Source of the DNA: Heteronotia binoei
Lineage: Eukaryota
DNA: 64,000 bases
NCBI RefSeq assembly: GCF_032191835.1
Contig: NC_083234.1
Coordinates: 62,124,001 to 62,188,000 of the forward strand
Direction of reading: 5' to 3'
The notes below the pieces were generated by a model that was not told the DNA's origin, ran no database searches, and saw only the letters and a program-made list of their open reading frames with translations. The translations under genes and the position numbers were made by a program. Shown piece by piece: positions 46,331-60,084 of this stretch (position 1 is its first letter; each line of letters begins with the position of its first letter).

Positions 46331-47631
46331 CCCGAGGAAGGGAGCAAAGTGCAATTTTATGCCATCATCAATGTCAAGCATGGAAGTTTCAAAAGAACCA
46401 AGCGATGATTGGAAACAAAGTCTTAGTTTGTTGATAATCCATTGTGCTCATTGATGGAACAACTTGAAAGTGATACATTTCAGTGTATGGCATCTGGCTT
46501 TAAGGAGTACATCAAAGAGAACAGTAGAGATAACTTGGCATTCTATCATGAGTGTGTGAATTACTACAACTATGCATTCTACTATCTTTTGTGGTTAGAA
46601 ACATCCTGAGTCCCAGGCTTGAGCTTGGGAACTGTCTCGGGAGGCACTATCTTCAAAGCAGGCATTCCTGCATTTGTTACAGAAGGTGAGGACTAATAAA
46701 GGGTTTACATAGCTTTGATATGCAGTGGTAGCAAAGTAACAATATGAATAATACAGCTTCATATTGGAAATAACTTGTATGCTTGACAATCAAGTCCATT
46801 TGATTTTATTGTAAATTGCAATTAAATTATTCTGTTCATTTTAACGTGTTGTGCAATACCTTGAGCCATTCAGGGAAGGGTGGTCCTTTAATAATGATGA
46901 TGGTGGTGATTTTGATGATGGGGTGGAGAGGAGTTCCTAAAACTCCTTTTGATTGGGCAACCTCCAATAGTTCCTCTTCCGTATGCCTACCTCTCTGTGT
47001 CCCCACTTCTCCTTGTAGCTGGCATGTCAACAAAACTTAAATCATATTAGCAGAGTGGATTAAGGACAGGTAACAGCAGCCATTCTGGACAGCACTGTCA
47101 ACCCTATGGCCCAGTTTGGTATTTATAGTTGTGGGTTTTTCATACCTGATTTAATACTCATGTTTGTCTGGAAATTTATAGAGCTTGTCTTTGCCTATTA
47201 GTGGTGTTTACTAGACGATCGATTTTGACAGCACTGTTAGCAGATTTGTCTTCTGCTCATTGCATGGATGACAGATTTCCCTCACACTGGTATGAGAGCT
47301 GCAAGTGAGGGCCTTCTAACTTACTCTCCTACATTCCTGTCTGGGCAGAACTTACCTCCCAAATATTGAAATTGTAAGGTCAAAGCAGAAACATTCTATG
47401 GGATCTCATGTCAATGGAGACTATGTGTACAAGCATCTCTGGTTCCCTCATGTCATGCAGTCTTTCCTTGAAAGGCACTTTTTAGAATCTGGCAGGTTAG
47501 GGGTAGTCTGGAGAAATCTCCTGAGTCAAAGGAATTGCTGGGATAGAACTGGGCAAGGCAAGACAGAGCCTGAACAGAATTCATTGAGTCAGAGGCAAAA
47601 TCTTGTGAATTGTGAGTGGTAGAATCTAGAG

Positions 47632-47787
47632 CAGTGGTGGCCAAACTGTGGCTCAGGAGCCACATGTGGCTCTTTCACACGTTGTGTGACTCTCAAAGCC
47701 CCCACCACCCTGTCAGTCAACTTGGAGAAGGCATTTCTCTCTTTAAATCACTTCTCCAAGCCAACCCAACCAGCAGCTTGGAGAATG
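47632..47787. mobile_element. hAT (Charlie-like) MITE left part
   Basis: cagtggtggccaaactgtggctc...gagccacatgtggctc start; cut by the SINE and the gap. Confidence 0.6.
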
Positions 47788-47963
47788 CATTTGGTGTAGT
47801 GGTTAAGTGCGTGGACTCTTATCTGGGAGAACTGAGTTTGATTCCCCACTCCTCCACTTGCAGTTGCTGGAATGGCCTTTAGTCAGCCATAGCTCTCGTA
47901 GGAGTTGTCCTTGAAAGGGCAGCTGCTGTAAGAACACTCTTAGCCCCACCTACCTCACAGAGT
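47788..47963 (+). mobile_element. Gecko-type tRNA-derived SINE, truncated by gap
   Basis: tttggtgtagtggttaagtgcgtggactcttatctggg...ccttgaaagggcagctgctg; same family as 49631. Confidence 0.85.
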
Positions 47964-48113
47964 NNNNNNNNNNNNNNNNNNNNNNNNNNNNNNNNNNNNN
48001 NNNNNNNNNNNNNNNNNNNNNNNNNNNNNNNNNNNNNNNNNNNNNNNNNNNNNNNNNNNNNNNNNNNNNNNNNNNNNNNNNNNNNNNNNNNNNNNNNNNN
48101 NNNNNNNNNNNNN
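47964..48113. other. Assembly gap (150 N)
   Basis: Run of N. Confidence 1.
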
Positions 48114-49630
48114 TTATTCTATTGTGACTTTTATGCTAAGCAAGTTCGACTGCCCCTGATCTACAGTGTTCTGCCTTTTTATTCCGCCCCCCCCACCAAG
48201 CACTGTGAAAGACCAGTAATATATGGATTTTTGCCACTCCTCGATGCTCCATTTTCCATATGCTGGGGTGCAAACCTCAAGGAAGTCTAAGATTTGTTCT
48301 TCTGTCAGCAAGCAAGGATTGTTTGTTTTCTCACATGCTTGCTTTTCTCAGAACCCTTATATTTCATGTGGTATGCCACCCCATGGCTCTGTAAAAATGG
48401 GAGTAGAGCTGATGATGTCCCAAAATTGGATGTTTTCCATGGTCTTGTGTTTTGTGTCTGTAGTGCACTTTCCAGCACTGTCCTTTATGCAGCACTGTGA
48501 ATCAGCAAAACATTTCTAGTTGTAGCTACTTCTTGGTGGAATTAGGCCTGAAAGAGATGAACTGTTGGAAACCAAGGCATGTTTCTTTATAATATGTTTA
48601 CAGAGTTCTCTTAAATAAATAATTCCCAGTTAAGCACAGAAGCATACTTGGAGTTGCAGAACACGGCAAAGGTACATGCCACCGTTTCCCCAAGTGGCTT
48701 CCATCTCCAGCTGTGCATTTGCCAGCTATGGACTTACAATTTCAGGACAGCAGCTCCCAAATAGAATTCAGCACAGCCTTAATGGCTGGCAGTTTAAATT
48801 TTCATTTGTTTAAATAAATAAAAACATTGAAGAACATACAATTAGTTCAGTCCTCTCGGAGCCAACTAGCAATTGTTTGGAGGCTCTGAGGGTTGGTTCC
48901 ATTCCAGCAGCCATTCTGGAGGCAATCAGTCATGGTGTTCTTTGGCTGGACTCATTTGCAGCTGGCGTATCATTATCTTGCACCTTCACCTGGTGCTCTT
49001 GCCCCTTCTGAGCATGTTCCTAGGAAAGATGCTTCCTGCCCCTGTCTCTCTCTCGCCTCTGGAGAATCTTTATCCTACACTGGGTTAATTTCAGCATTCC
49101 TCCATGGAGGGCTGCAGATGAGAAAATACGGGAGTGCAGAACAATGCTGAGGTTTGCAGCAAAGATTCACAGGCTGGAGGCAAGCAGTAGTTCCTCTCTC
49201 CCCCCACCCCGCTCCCCAGAGAGCAGAAGGCGCTTTAAAAGGTCTCATTGTTGCCTGTGGTGTGTGTACTCATCCTTCTGCTGTTTCTGCTTGCAGGTTT
49301 TTGTATTACTTCAAAAACTGTTTGACCAGAAATGACAGCAAGGCAAAAGAAATGACTTCATACAGCGGGGCTGAGGGGAGAGAGAAAGAATGATGCCTCT
49401 ATCAAAACACCTTCAGTGTTTTTAAAAACTATTGTCTGTCTCTAGTTCCAGTTGTTTACACACAATTCGTTGTTTCCAGAAGCTGAAGTACTTGCTAATT
49501 TACAGAGATTTTCTCCAGCTATTCTCGGTTGCTCTTTCCCTTGTGTATGTATCCATTCTGTCTTTACTGTTGCATGTAGGGATCTCTTTTCTTTGTATGC
49601 ATCAATGATGCCAGTTTGTGGAGTTGTGTG

Positions 49631-49922
49631 GAGCCAGTTTGGTGTAGTGGTTAAGTGTGCGGACTCTTATCTGGGAGAACCGGGTTTGATTCCCCACTCC
49701 TCCACTTGCACCTGCTAGCATGGCCTTGGGTCAGCCATAGCTCTGGCAGAGGTTGTTCTTGAAAGGGCAGCTGCTGTGAGACCCCTCCAGCCCCGCCCAC
49801 CTCACAGGGTGTCTGTTGTGGGGGAGGAAGGTAAAGGAGATTGTGAGCCGCTCTGAGATTCTTCGGAGTGGAGGGCGGGATATAAATCCAATATCTTCTT
49901 CTTCTATCTTCTTTTCTTCTTC
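49631..49922 (+). mobile_element. Young gecko-type tRNA-derived SINE (Squam3-like)
   Basis: Complete head to (ctt)n tail; 9-bp TSD AGTTGTGTG at 49622-49630 and 49923-49931. Confidence 0.9.
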
Positions 49923-52900
49923 AGTTGTGTGAATGTATTGATTACATTTTAGCCCAGCCTTATGTCAAGTTCAGGGCAGTGCATATAGGTTTCCCTGCCT
50001 CCCTTTCCCCCCCTACAGCAACCTTATAAGGAAGATTGAGCTCAGAGAGGTGACCCCCAATTTCTCCCTCTGCCACACTGAGTAGCAGCAGGGGCCTGGT
50101 CCCCCAAACTTCTAGTCTAGCCCTTTAACTGTTACATCACTCTGGCTTTTATGTGAAGAAGGAGAGTTGAAGAATAATGTTCTGAACATATAAAAATGGT
50201 CATTTGATATCCTGTTTTTTGGAAATGAGTTGATCAGATTTCAATGGAACAGGGGTGATGATTGTTAAAAAAAACCATTCTTGCTTACTTTGATATCAAA
50301 ACTTTACTTAGCATGACTTCTGTTCTCCTGCTTTCCTGAAAAATCACTAGTAGCCGTTTCCTATTTTTTAACTCCTTTTATTTCCAGCCATTTGTAGAAA
50401 TACTTAAAATTAGCCTTCGTTGCCTCGCTGTTTGTGCTCCTCTGGGACTAGGGCATGGAAAGAATGTATGATAATGAGGCACTGATGCATTTTTGCCTTC
50501 GTGTCTACCACTTTTTCCACCCACCTCTGTCCTGCATTGGATCACTGCTTAGACTGTAGGGAAAATTCATTGTCTTTAATTACAGTCCCTCAGTGTCGCA
50601 CAGGGAAATGAAATTTGATTCCCACAGCAGTTTAAAGATTTTTTGAACACGTCAGATATGAGAGAGCAATCATATGCAGGCTAATTTCACTTGCATCACC
50701 TATTTCCTGAGCATGTTCTCAGATCTCCTGGAGTGCTGAGTGACATAAAGTGAAGACAAGTATTCTTGGATGAACAGCCTAGTGTTACTAAGGCCAAATA
50801 TCCAGAACAGATTGCAGTCTTCTTTACTGAAAGAAAGACTGAGCTGGACATCATGGCAAAAGGTCCATCATTGGGGCCACTATGATTTCTAAATAAATAA
50901 AAATTTGCAAAACTACTTTGAAGAGTGAGGGCTGCAAGTGACTGAGATATCTAAAGCTTTTCCTCTGATAGTTTTCACCCATCCCAGTTTTCACTTGACC
51001 CCAGAAACTGACATTGGTTCCTGAAGGGAAGGTGAGACAGATACATTCATTATACCTCTTTTTCTCCATCTGGGAACTAATTGCAGCTTCAGGAAGGGTC
51101 TCACTGGAGACAAGACATTGGAGGGAAGACTTAAGGATCCCCCTTCTTCTTTCCTGAATTTCCAGGTAGCCATGTGGGACTGCTGATAATTTTTTAAAAA
51201 TCTTAATTATTAACCTAGGTTGTGTCTAGCTTAGTTGTTCAGTAGGCATATATCTGGAAAGTGAAACTTTCTGATGGTGAGCATTGGAACTTGTTGAATT
51301 TCTTCTTGTTATGCCGTTAAAGGCACAGGAGGAGCCTAAGAGAGATAAAGAGATGGCAACTCTATTATCAACTGCGTGGAAACTTTCCATCAAGTCATTA
51401 AAAACCAAGACATACTTGAAGGGTATTTGCTTAGAACATTCCTGAAATGCACAAGTTGGAAAATAAAGGCTATTTTTAGAAAACTCCACTTTTCTGAAGT
51501 GTTTTTTTTTGGGGGGGGGGGGGCAATCACTATTTGCTACCTTTTGTGTAGCCTAAGAGGCTTCATCGTAGGGAAGTCACCTGTGATGAATGCTGTGACC
51601 TCTGCTCAGTCAAATCTGCCAACTTCCTAAAAGCTTGATTTAGAAGTGTTGGATTAAACACTAATGCAGGAACAAAGGGGGGAAAAGCATACTCTTGCCA
51701 GCCAAAAACACTGTGTAGTTCAGCTGTGACTCTGATCTACAATTACAGCCCACTAGCCCAGTTATTTACGGCATTTAGGAATGAATGGATGGATGGATGA
51801 ATGAGGCTTCCTTAATGGCGCTTCTGAAGATGCTGTCATTCAGGTTTTTTAGAAGAGCTTGCTATTATTTTTGTTCCAGGTTTTGTCACATTTGATTCTT
51901 CCACCATCTCTGCTCCCTTCTTAGGCTCGGTGTCATTCCTGTTTATAAGTTACTTGAGGGAAGTATGGCTGCTTCTTTTCCACATCCCTGCACAGTGCCT
52001 CCTGCCTGTTCTTCTCCCTTGGTTGTGTGTCCTCTGACTGCTTTGGAGATCCATGCAGTTTCTCTCTGCACTAACCTTCTTCATCTTGCATACTTGCGGA
52101 ACTCCTGGCCTGGCTATGTAAACATCTGACTGAACCAACAGAGCTGAAATGTCAGCATGGATTCTTGGGCCATGTGGTTCCTAACAGCTTTACAGAAGTT
52201 CTTGATTTCCCATAGGCTTTCCAACATTTACTTGGAGTACCTCTTGGGAATACGGTGGCACTACCTAGTGAGGAAGGATGGCTGCTGTCCTGGTTAGAAC
52301 AACAGCAAATAATATAGGACATATATGAGTCTCATCTTTTGATCGCTGAAATTTTGCCCCAAATCCTTTATTGTCTCCTAGTTGTGGTTGGCATTTAATA
52401 TCTGAAGGGACCAGAGCAACCATGGAACGATGTTAGAAATTCAGTGCATCTGTTCAAGGTCATTGTGATATGGCCCCCAGATGCCCATAATAGCGTTGTA
52501 CTCAAAGGCCAGTGGAATCAAAGATTATCTTATCTTATCTGAGGATCCCTGTTGAAATTGTTCATTGGCCCAGGAATTCATTACTTTATATGACAGCTTG
52601 GAATAATTCAATTTGATATGGTATACTGGAAAGAGTGTTCAATTCTGACAAGGCAGGCCTAGGCCTAATCCACCAGTCTATATCACAGGGATACTATGAA
52701 GATAAAATTAGTTAGCCCAAAGTACAGTACTGTGAGCTTGGAGAATGAACTGGATACAAATGTAATAATAAAAATAAGAATTATTTTGCAAGAAGCCCCT
52801 ACAAGATTGTTTCCAAGTTTCTTCCACTGTAGAAGGGGACCACCAAAGAGCATATGGCACAGAGGAAATTTTGGCTGTTTTCCCAGATTCTGAAGTTGGC

Positions 52901-53309
52901 AAAGTTCTAATCGAAGATGCCAGAAATTAATAAAAATTTCACAGTGGACTTAGCTATCCAGAGGGCCTATTCAAAATGAGAAGAACAGATTATTGCTCAG
53001 GCCAATTTAGGGAACAAGGATAATAAGGCGTGAGCAACGTAATGAAAGGCTTTGTACATAGCTTTTGAGCCAAAAGGGAAACAATTCTCAAGAAGAACAC
53101 TTACAAAAGGAACAGCCAACAATCCTATAATAACCATTTTGCTAGAAAGAAACCTCCGTGCCTTGGCTCAGCAGTTGTTACATCCTGCTTGAAATATTAT
53201 TGTTCCTCGCCTTGAGTATCTTTTTTGAAGAGCAAATGGTCTATCCTGTGGGTTCATGGAGCACATGGCTGACTATATAGCATTTCTGGGTGGTTTTGAG
53301 TTCATTTTT

Positions 53310-53505
53310 TTGTATATTCCCTCAAAGTTGTGGAGTCTTGTGAGCAAAAATTCTACTTTGTGAGCTGCTGGCATTAAAGTTGTGAGCTACTGCATAAAAT
53401 AGTTTGCTCTGGGGCTGCTTTTCCTGAGCTAAGACAAGAATGTGTGAGCTGGAGGCAAAAAAACTGTGAGCTAGCTCACACTAACTCATTTTAGAGGGAA
53501 CACTG
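53310..53505. mobile_element. hAT-type MITE (CAGTGTTCCCTCTAA termini)
   Basis: Right end ttagagggaacactg, decayed left end ttccctcaaag, and repeated tgtgagc subterminal motifs. Confidence 0.65.
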
Positions 53506-53924
53506 GTATCTACAGTCATGGCAGACTGGCATATGAAGCTCTGGTTGTGGCTTTTGGTGATGTATTCTAGCAGTGAAATTTATGTGCAGGTTTCTCTGGA
53601 GTTATAAGGTTTGAAGGCATATGGAGCAGTCTTGCTGAAGCAAATGAGGCTTGGACTGGGATAGGAGATCTCTTGGGAATTCTTTGTACATTACCTAAAA
53701 ATACCTGAAGGAAGAAAAACAGGATATGAATGCAAAAAATTAAATAATCTGGTTAGAGAGATGAATTATGAGGTGATAAAATATCCCAGATTTTGATAGT
53801 CTACTGCAGATGACTTGCTTGTTCTCAGGAACCTGGGTCCTGTATATTTCAAGAAATATCTGGGAATATCAGCAGCTGACATTTTAAGGATTCCAGGTTT
53901 AACAGGTTTGCTGAGCAACATAAA

Positions 53925-54059
53925 GGTGGCTCCCAACCAGCATGAGTTTCACCCAGCCCAGGAAAAGTGGCTCCCAGCCATCATGAATGTTGCCTGGACC
54001 AGGAAAGGTGACTTCTGGCCATTGTGAGTCTCACCTGGCCCAGGAAAGAAAGCTCCCAG
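53925..54059. repeat. Degenerate 41-bp tandem repeat, about 3.3 units
   Basis: Units at 53925, 53966, 54007 and 54048; each complete unit ends ccaggaaa. Confidence 0.75.
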
Positions 54060-56044
54060 TTGGCACAAGCCAGGCACAAAGCCTGGCAGAATGGCAGGGT
54101 CTGGTTAATTCCTTCTTCTCTCCCTCCTTTTTGGCTCCAGCGTCAATGGGAGGGGCCAAGGCAGACACCCCAGGCAAAATCCCTCCCTACTAACACATTC
54201 TAGTTTAATTTACAGTTTAAACTGAAATAACACACAAGCACACCATTTTCAGAAAAAGTGGAATAAAATTGGCCACAACTTTATTGGTTACAGCTGTAGT
54301 AAGCCTTGGCACAGCATGGGGTAAGGATCCCACTCATCGACCAACCTGCCTGCCAGTTGGTGCTCTGGTCGTCACCTTGGGATGGCAGGTTAGGGATTCC
54401 ACTAGGGTGGAAGCCCAGGGGTGGTCTCCCCTGCCACGTGAGCATGAGGGTAATCCCCTGGACATGCCCCCAGGCTGGGCACATCAGTCGCCCCTCACAC
54501 CAAGATCCCATAAGGGGATCCTCACACTCCGGAAGTGGGCACACATGCTGATTTTCCAGAGAATGGATCCAGCCCCAACCGCCAAGTTGTGACAAACAAT
54601 CTGATGGCCAAAGAGGAGGTGGCGCTGTGCCTAAGTGGCTGCTGGCCACCCATGCCCTCCGACCCACCCCTGAGGCAGCCCATAGGGCCAGCATCAGGTT
54701 GGGGTGGGCCCCTGCTTCCCGTGCTTGGCCTGGCCCTGGCCCCTCCACCTGGCAAAAGGCTGCCTTTCCTCTTAGCCCTCCCCACGGTGCCACAAATGGG
54801 ACCAAGGTTAAGTCCGGATCCCTGCTTTTGGGGGCAGGGCCTTTTGTATTCCTCCCAGATCTCATGGCTGCAAGTAGGAATTGGGGGCACCTTGTTCAAG
54901 GGGCACATATAATAGGACCTCTTGGTCCAATTTGCTTGAAACTAATGAAGTCTTTAGTAGATAGGCAGCACTAGTTGCCATGCCATTTTGGTACCATTTG
55001 GTTGAAAAACAGCCACCCCCTCTCTTAGTCTCCCATAAAGAACCTGAGTAATTCTAGAATCCTGGAAAAACCCAAACCCTGAAATGGTTTCTAGGGATCC
55101 AAATACCAACAAATTTCAATATTTATGCCCTTCCTGAAATCCAAATCTTAAAAATACTGAGGACGGGTTTTGGGTATTCATTCTTACTGTCATCACACTG
55201 TCATTTATTCTGTCTCAGATAAGTTATCTGTGATTGTATATTTAGTGTGATAGTTAGTGAAATGGGCTGTCATCGGGGAGGCTCCTCATTCAGATCTTGC
55301 CTCTGCTACAAACCCACTAGTTTACACATAATGTTTGTGAAATTCTTGTCTATCGCTGGAAGGGGCAGTGATACACTGTCAAGGTGTTCTAGATTACCTG
55401 AAGATATCTGACAAGGTATCCCTGGATTCCCTGCAACTCCCACTGTTCTTTTGAGGAATGGTGTTTGAATTCCATGAGACAGTGGATTAACAGTTGCTCA
55501 CTGCTTTCACCAAACGTCTGGAAAGGCCCTTCAGAAGAGGTAACAGTAGAGCTTGGAGTTTTTGGAAGAAGTGCTGCACAGTGTTCAGTCCCAATCGTAT
55601 CTTTTGCTTATGTTTGGGCTTTGTGCATGCCTAGAGCTATGTAGGAAACAACTGAAATAAATAAAGCATAAGTAGCTTTGCTAATTAGCAGAAGTGGTAA
55701 GGAAACCTGTGAAGCTCTAACAAAAGGTAAACTGTGCCACATTTTGACATGGGAAGAAGTTGTCTCAGATGGGAAAGTGCTCCTTTAGGGTAAGATTACA
55801 CTTCTAATTAGCCAGAATCAATCTAGTGTGACCAGCAGGTAAATAAATTGGAGCTAAGAGGCTCATGTTGGAAAGCCCTGTGTTTATTCCCACCTCAGAT
55901 ATTTTTGTCTAGCTTAATATCATACTGCAGTGTAGTTGGAAACTACTGACATTTTCTATTGGCCTAGATTCTTGGTTGAGCAGTAATTCTTAAAACTGTG
56001 GCATATGGTCTGCTGCTATTCTACAGTGTAATTTTGAGTGGCTA

Positions 56045-56240
56045 TGAAAGATACTAGAGGGAAAATGCTAGGAAAAGTTGAAGGCAGCAGGAAAAGAGGA
56101 AGACCCAACATGAGATGGATTGATGCTATAAAGGAAGCCAAAGCTCTCAGTTTGCAAGGCCTAATCAAGGCTGTTAAGAGTAAGATTAGGTCTCCATAAG
56201 TGGGAAGTGACTTGACAGCACTTCACACATGCACACTCAT
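56045..56240 (+). mobile_element. RTE/BovB-like LINE 3' end
   Basis: Reads MLGKVEGSRKRGRPNMRWIDAIKEA, followed by gacttgacagcact and a (ca)-rich tail. Confidence 0.85.
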
Positions 56241-56760
56241 GCATGCACACATACACATGAAGGACACTATTTCTAAATGAACATAAAACATTTAGGAGTT
56301 TTTAAGATCAAACAGTGGAACAATCATATAAAAAAAACAAACTCCTTCTGCATTCCACTTTAGCTGTACAGTTAATAGTGTGAAAGGAATGAGGAAACAT
56401 TGCTAAGTAGTAAGTAGGTGTGCAGTTTCTTGACTAATATTTCAGTGGCATGAAACACGTTCCTACTCAGAACAAAGCAAGACTTTGCTACTTAGAAATA
56501 TTCTCTTCACCGCATGTTGCCTAGGGCCAAACTAGTTGAGAGATCCATCAGTAGATTCCTTGAGATTGTGTGTGAAGGGGTGAACACTGGGCAAATGGTA
56601 CAGAGGGAAAGAACCCTGTCCTCAGGGCCACCGTTCTGATCTAATTGGTCCTCCCTACAGCAGCTTTTTAAAATAAATTTAAAGAGGTAACTGATCTCCA
56701 TCATCTCTTTCAATTTGATCCTCTCAGTACACCAGACTGTAGAAAGACTTTACTTAAAAG

Positions 56761-57007
56761 CAGGGCTTTTTTTTGTAGAAAAAGCCCAGCAGGAAAGTCA
56801 TTTGCTTATTAGGCCACACGCCGGACATAACAATTGTTTTACCCAGCAGGAAACTCATTTGCATATTAGGTCACACCCCCTGATACCCCCATTGTCTTAC
56901 ATAGGGTTCTTTTGTAGAAAAAGCCCAGCAGGAACTCATTTGCATATTAGGCCACACCCCGACACCAAGCCAGCTAGAACTGCATCCCTGCTCAAAAAAA
57001 AGCCCTG
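56761..57007. mobile_element. hAT-type MITE (CAGGGCTTTTTT termini)
   Basis: TIRs cagggcttttttt/aaaaaaagccctg; TSD cttaaaag/cttagaag (7 of 8); three internal cccagcagga...catttgc.tattagg.cacac modules. Confidence 0.85.
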
Positions 57008-59858
57008 CTTAGAAGTCATCCAAGTGACCTTTCACCTGGTGGTTCAAATGTAAGAAAATCTGGTTGCTCACAGAGAGCAAACAAACCCAAATAGCTGTCT
57101 TCTATCCCACAAAGTTTAAGACTGGCAGTTAGAAAAGAAGCAGCCAGATTGCAAAATGCTGCTATTTAACAGTGGTGATCAATGAGATGAGAATACATGG
57201 TGCATGCTACTTAGCTGCTGTTAAATGGATGAGGTAGTTTTTCCATTCTTTGGAAGACATCAGGAGCCTTCTGTCTGCATTGTATAATGCTATCAAAGTG
57301 TTATGAGTATTTCATTTTCTTCATCTCCTTTGTATCAAATGAGCTCTGTGGTTGTGGGATGAGGAGTGTAAACAGTCACCCCAGTATCAAACCATTAAAG
57401 TATTTTAACTGAAGGCATGGAATTGATTTCATTTCTTGGCATCTAGCCCTTAATGAGCAAGACGAGAGATGGCATGAGATTTCCTGTCCATCATTCTTTG
57501 ATGAGCAGTTCATGTGGGGTGAGGAGGAAGAAGGATTCATAAGAATGATAATTTCTCTTGGATCAATAATACTTGGTTCATTTCTTCTTACTGCTATGCA
57601 CAAAATCATGCATGGATTTTTATCTTCTCACATGCATACCTAAACACAAGCTATTTGTTTATCAGACAGATGTGTACATTGAAGCCTTCAAAACATGTGC
57701 TGGGGCTCTTGAACCATGAATTCTAGTAGAGACACCCAGGCATCTGATTCTTGCTGCACTGCTGCAGTAGCTTGTCAAGACAGGATTAGGCTGTTCTCCT
57801 TTCTGCTGTGCTGCTATTGTAGATGGCCAAAGGGTGATATTGCTGACCAGCACTGGCTACAAAGAACATTTTCTACTTCCAAAGAGATACACTTGCCGCT
57901 GTTAATTTCCAAGCACACTTCAAGATGCAGGTGCTTATCTCTAAGACTAGGACCAGGGTCCTTAAGGCAATACCTACTCCTATAAAAACCTGCCAATCAG
58001 TTAAAATCTGCAACAGAGACTTCAGTCTGTGTGATCGATTTCCCACTCACCTTACACCACTCTTACGTTCCTCTTCTCAGTGGAGCTTCCTTCTGATCTG
58101 CCCCGGGGCTGCAGCAAGCATTGGCTTTTTTGTGGTGCAAACAGCAACTGGTTTTTAGAGTTTTCTGTTTGCCACATGAAAAAGTCGATGCTAGCTACAG
58201 CACCGGGGCAAATAGTGTGAAATCGGAAGGAAGCCCTGCTAAGAAGAGGAACGTGAGAGCGGCGTAAGGTGAGTTGGAAATTGGTCTGTGCCTGTTTCCA
58301 AGGTAATGTGGGTGGCAACTAGGGACAGGTTCTTTTTAGTGATGACGCCTCAGCTGTGGAATGTTTTCCTTGGTCCCAAGCTTCTTAAACAAACTTTAGA
58401 TGTCTGGTGAAAATCTGTATCATTTGTGCAAGCATTCTGTTGGCCATGTATGTGTTATGCTTATATTTTTGATTGCTTCCATTATGTTTAGATACTTGCT
58501 GTTTTACTCTTAGTGAATTTTGTTACATTTTTATTTTCTTGCTATTTTTGCTGATGCTTAATTGTTTTGTGCTTTTAGCTGCTTAAAAATGCCTTATACT
58601 GTTCATCCCAAAACACTGAAAAAACATGAGTCCAGATTGAACAAACACAAGCCCCTTCCCATTTATTATGGGAAATGATATGGTACAAACCAGCTGATTA
58701 TAGACCTAAATCTATTTTAGGCAATCCTTATTTAAAAACTAGAACCAAAAACAAATTGCCCCTGACTTTTCCCCGGTAGCAGCTTTTTTGGGGGACAACA
58801 ATGGTTTGCTCCAGGTAGCACCATAGATACTTCAATGGAGAAAGAAAGAGCTTATAGATTTTTTAATGTCTTGAATAGGAGACAGCTCTGGTCTAAAACT
58901 CAACTTGAATTGCAATATGATTTTGCAATTCTGTGGATTCAATACCATCAGGTTCATTATATGATTTACAAACTGAGAGTTCATACTTTGCTTCACAGAG
59001 ATCTGACTAAGTTTGAATATCTTTTGAAATCTGAACTGGTACGAAGGGTTTGATTTCTATTATTATTTATAAACTATTAAGCCATAAACATTGGTGAAAT
59101 ACACCTAGTTGTCAAAAAGCTTGGCAAAGAGATTGTAATATTACATACTAGTGATGACACCAATGGAATCTTGTCTGGTCTTCCAACACATATACTTCCA
59201 AATCTTTAAATATTTGGTTGCAAGCTTAAAAGATTTACTCTAGGTGGTATTTAACCCTATAAGACTCTGTCATTCTAAATCAGTTGACTACCCACAGTGC
59301 TGGAAAGTCTGTGCAAATGCAGACACATTCATCCATTGTTGGTGGATGTGCACTAAAATTCGCCCTTTTGGGGATAATTTTTTTTAAATATATAAAAGAT
59401 ATTGCTAATTATACAATTCCAGAAACCTGGAAGTTCTTTTGTTGAATCTGTGGTCAGTGTCAGTGGCTTTTAAAAATATGGGATTTAATAGTTATGGATA
59501 AAATATCGAACCAGTTGTTGATTACAGGGAACTGTATTTATCAGTCACATTATTTGGGAAAATGTTTTTTTCTTTGATTATATATCTAATAATGCTACAA
59601 AAAAAGGTACTTTACCTAGGAAGTATATTCATTTTTCTCTTTATTAATGACCTCATTGTATGGTATCCTCATTCATAGTTTGGATTGTTAAGAGTTAAAC
59701 ATTTGTATCTTATATTGTTAAATGTGAAGGTTCTTAATAAAATCAATAAAAATTGTTATTTAAAAAAATGCAACCCTGTGCATGGTTTCTTGTAGAAAAG
59801 ATATGTAAGGTTAGAGTTTGTTTAAAAGCATTTTTTCTCTTTCTGTCTGTCTTTCCAG

Positions 59859-59962
59859 ACAAATGATGCTGCAGGAAACACCTGGAACTGGCTTTACTTC
59901 ATCCCACTCATCATCATTGGTTCTTTTTTCATGCTCAACCTGGTTCTTGGAGTATTGTCAGG
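59859..59962 (+). CDS. CACNA1B: Cav2.2 alpha-1B coding exon (exon 7 equivalent; domain I S6)
   Basis: Long pyrimidine tract, ttccag|ACA acceptor and TCAGG|gtaaga donor; 104 bp, phase 0/2. Reads [34 protein letters not shown](G); [11 protein letters not shown] is Cav2.2-type. Confidence 0.95.
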
Positions 59963-60084
59963 GTAAGATCTGAATTTCCCCTCCTTCCCCACAGAATACA
60001 CTAGAAAAAAAATCTATTTGGGGGCAGCTGTTTTTTGCTTTGTTCTGGGATGATATTTTGGAATGGAAATTTTATCTATTTATT

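Noticed and set aside
10154-59962. CACNA1A or CACNA1E assignment
   Set aside because: Diagnostic residues (MVPLL with [33 protein letters not shown]) fit Cav2.2.
10307-59963. U12-type introns, known elsewhere in Cav genes
   Set aside because: All three donors are GTAAG(A/T), not GTATCCTT or ATATCCTT.
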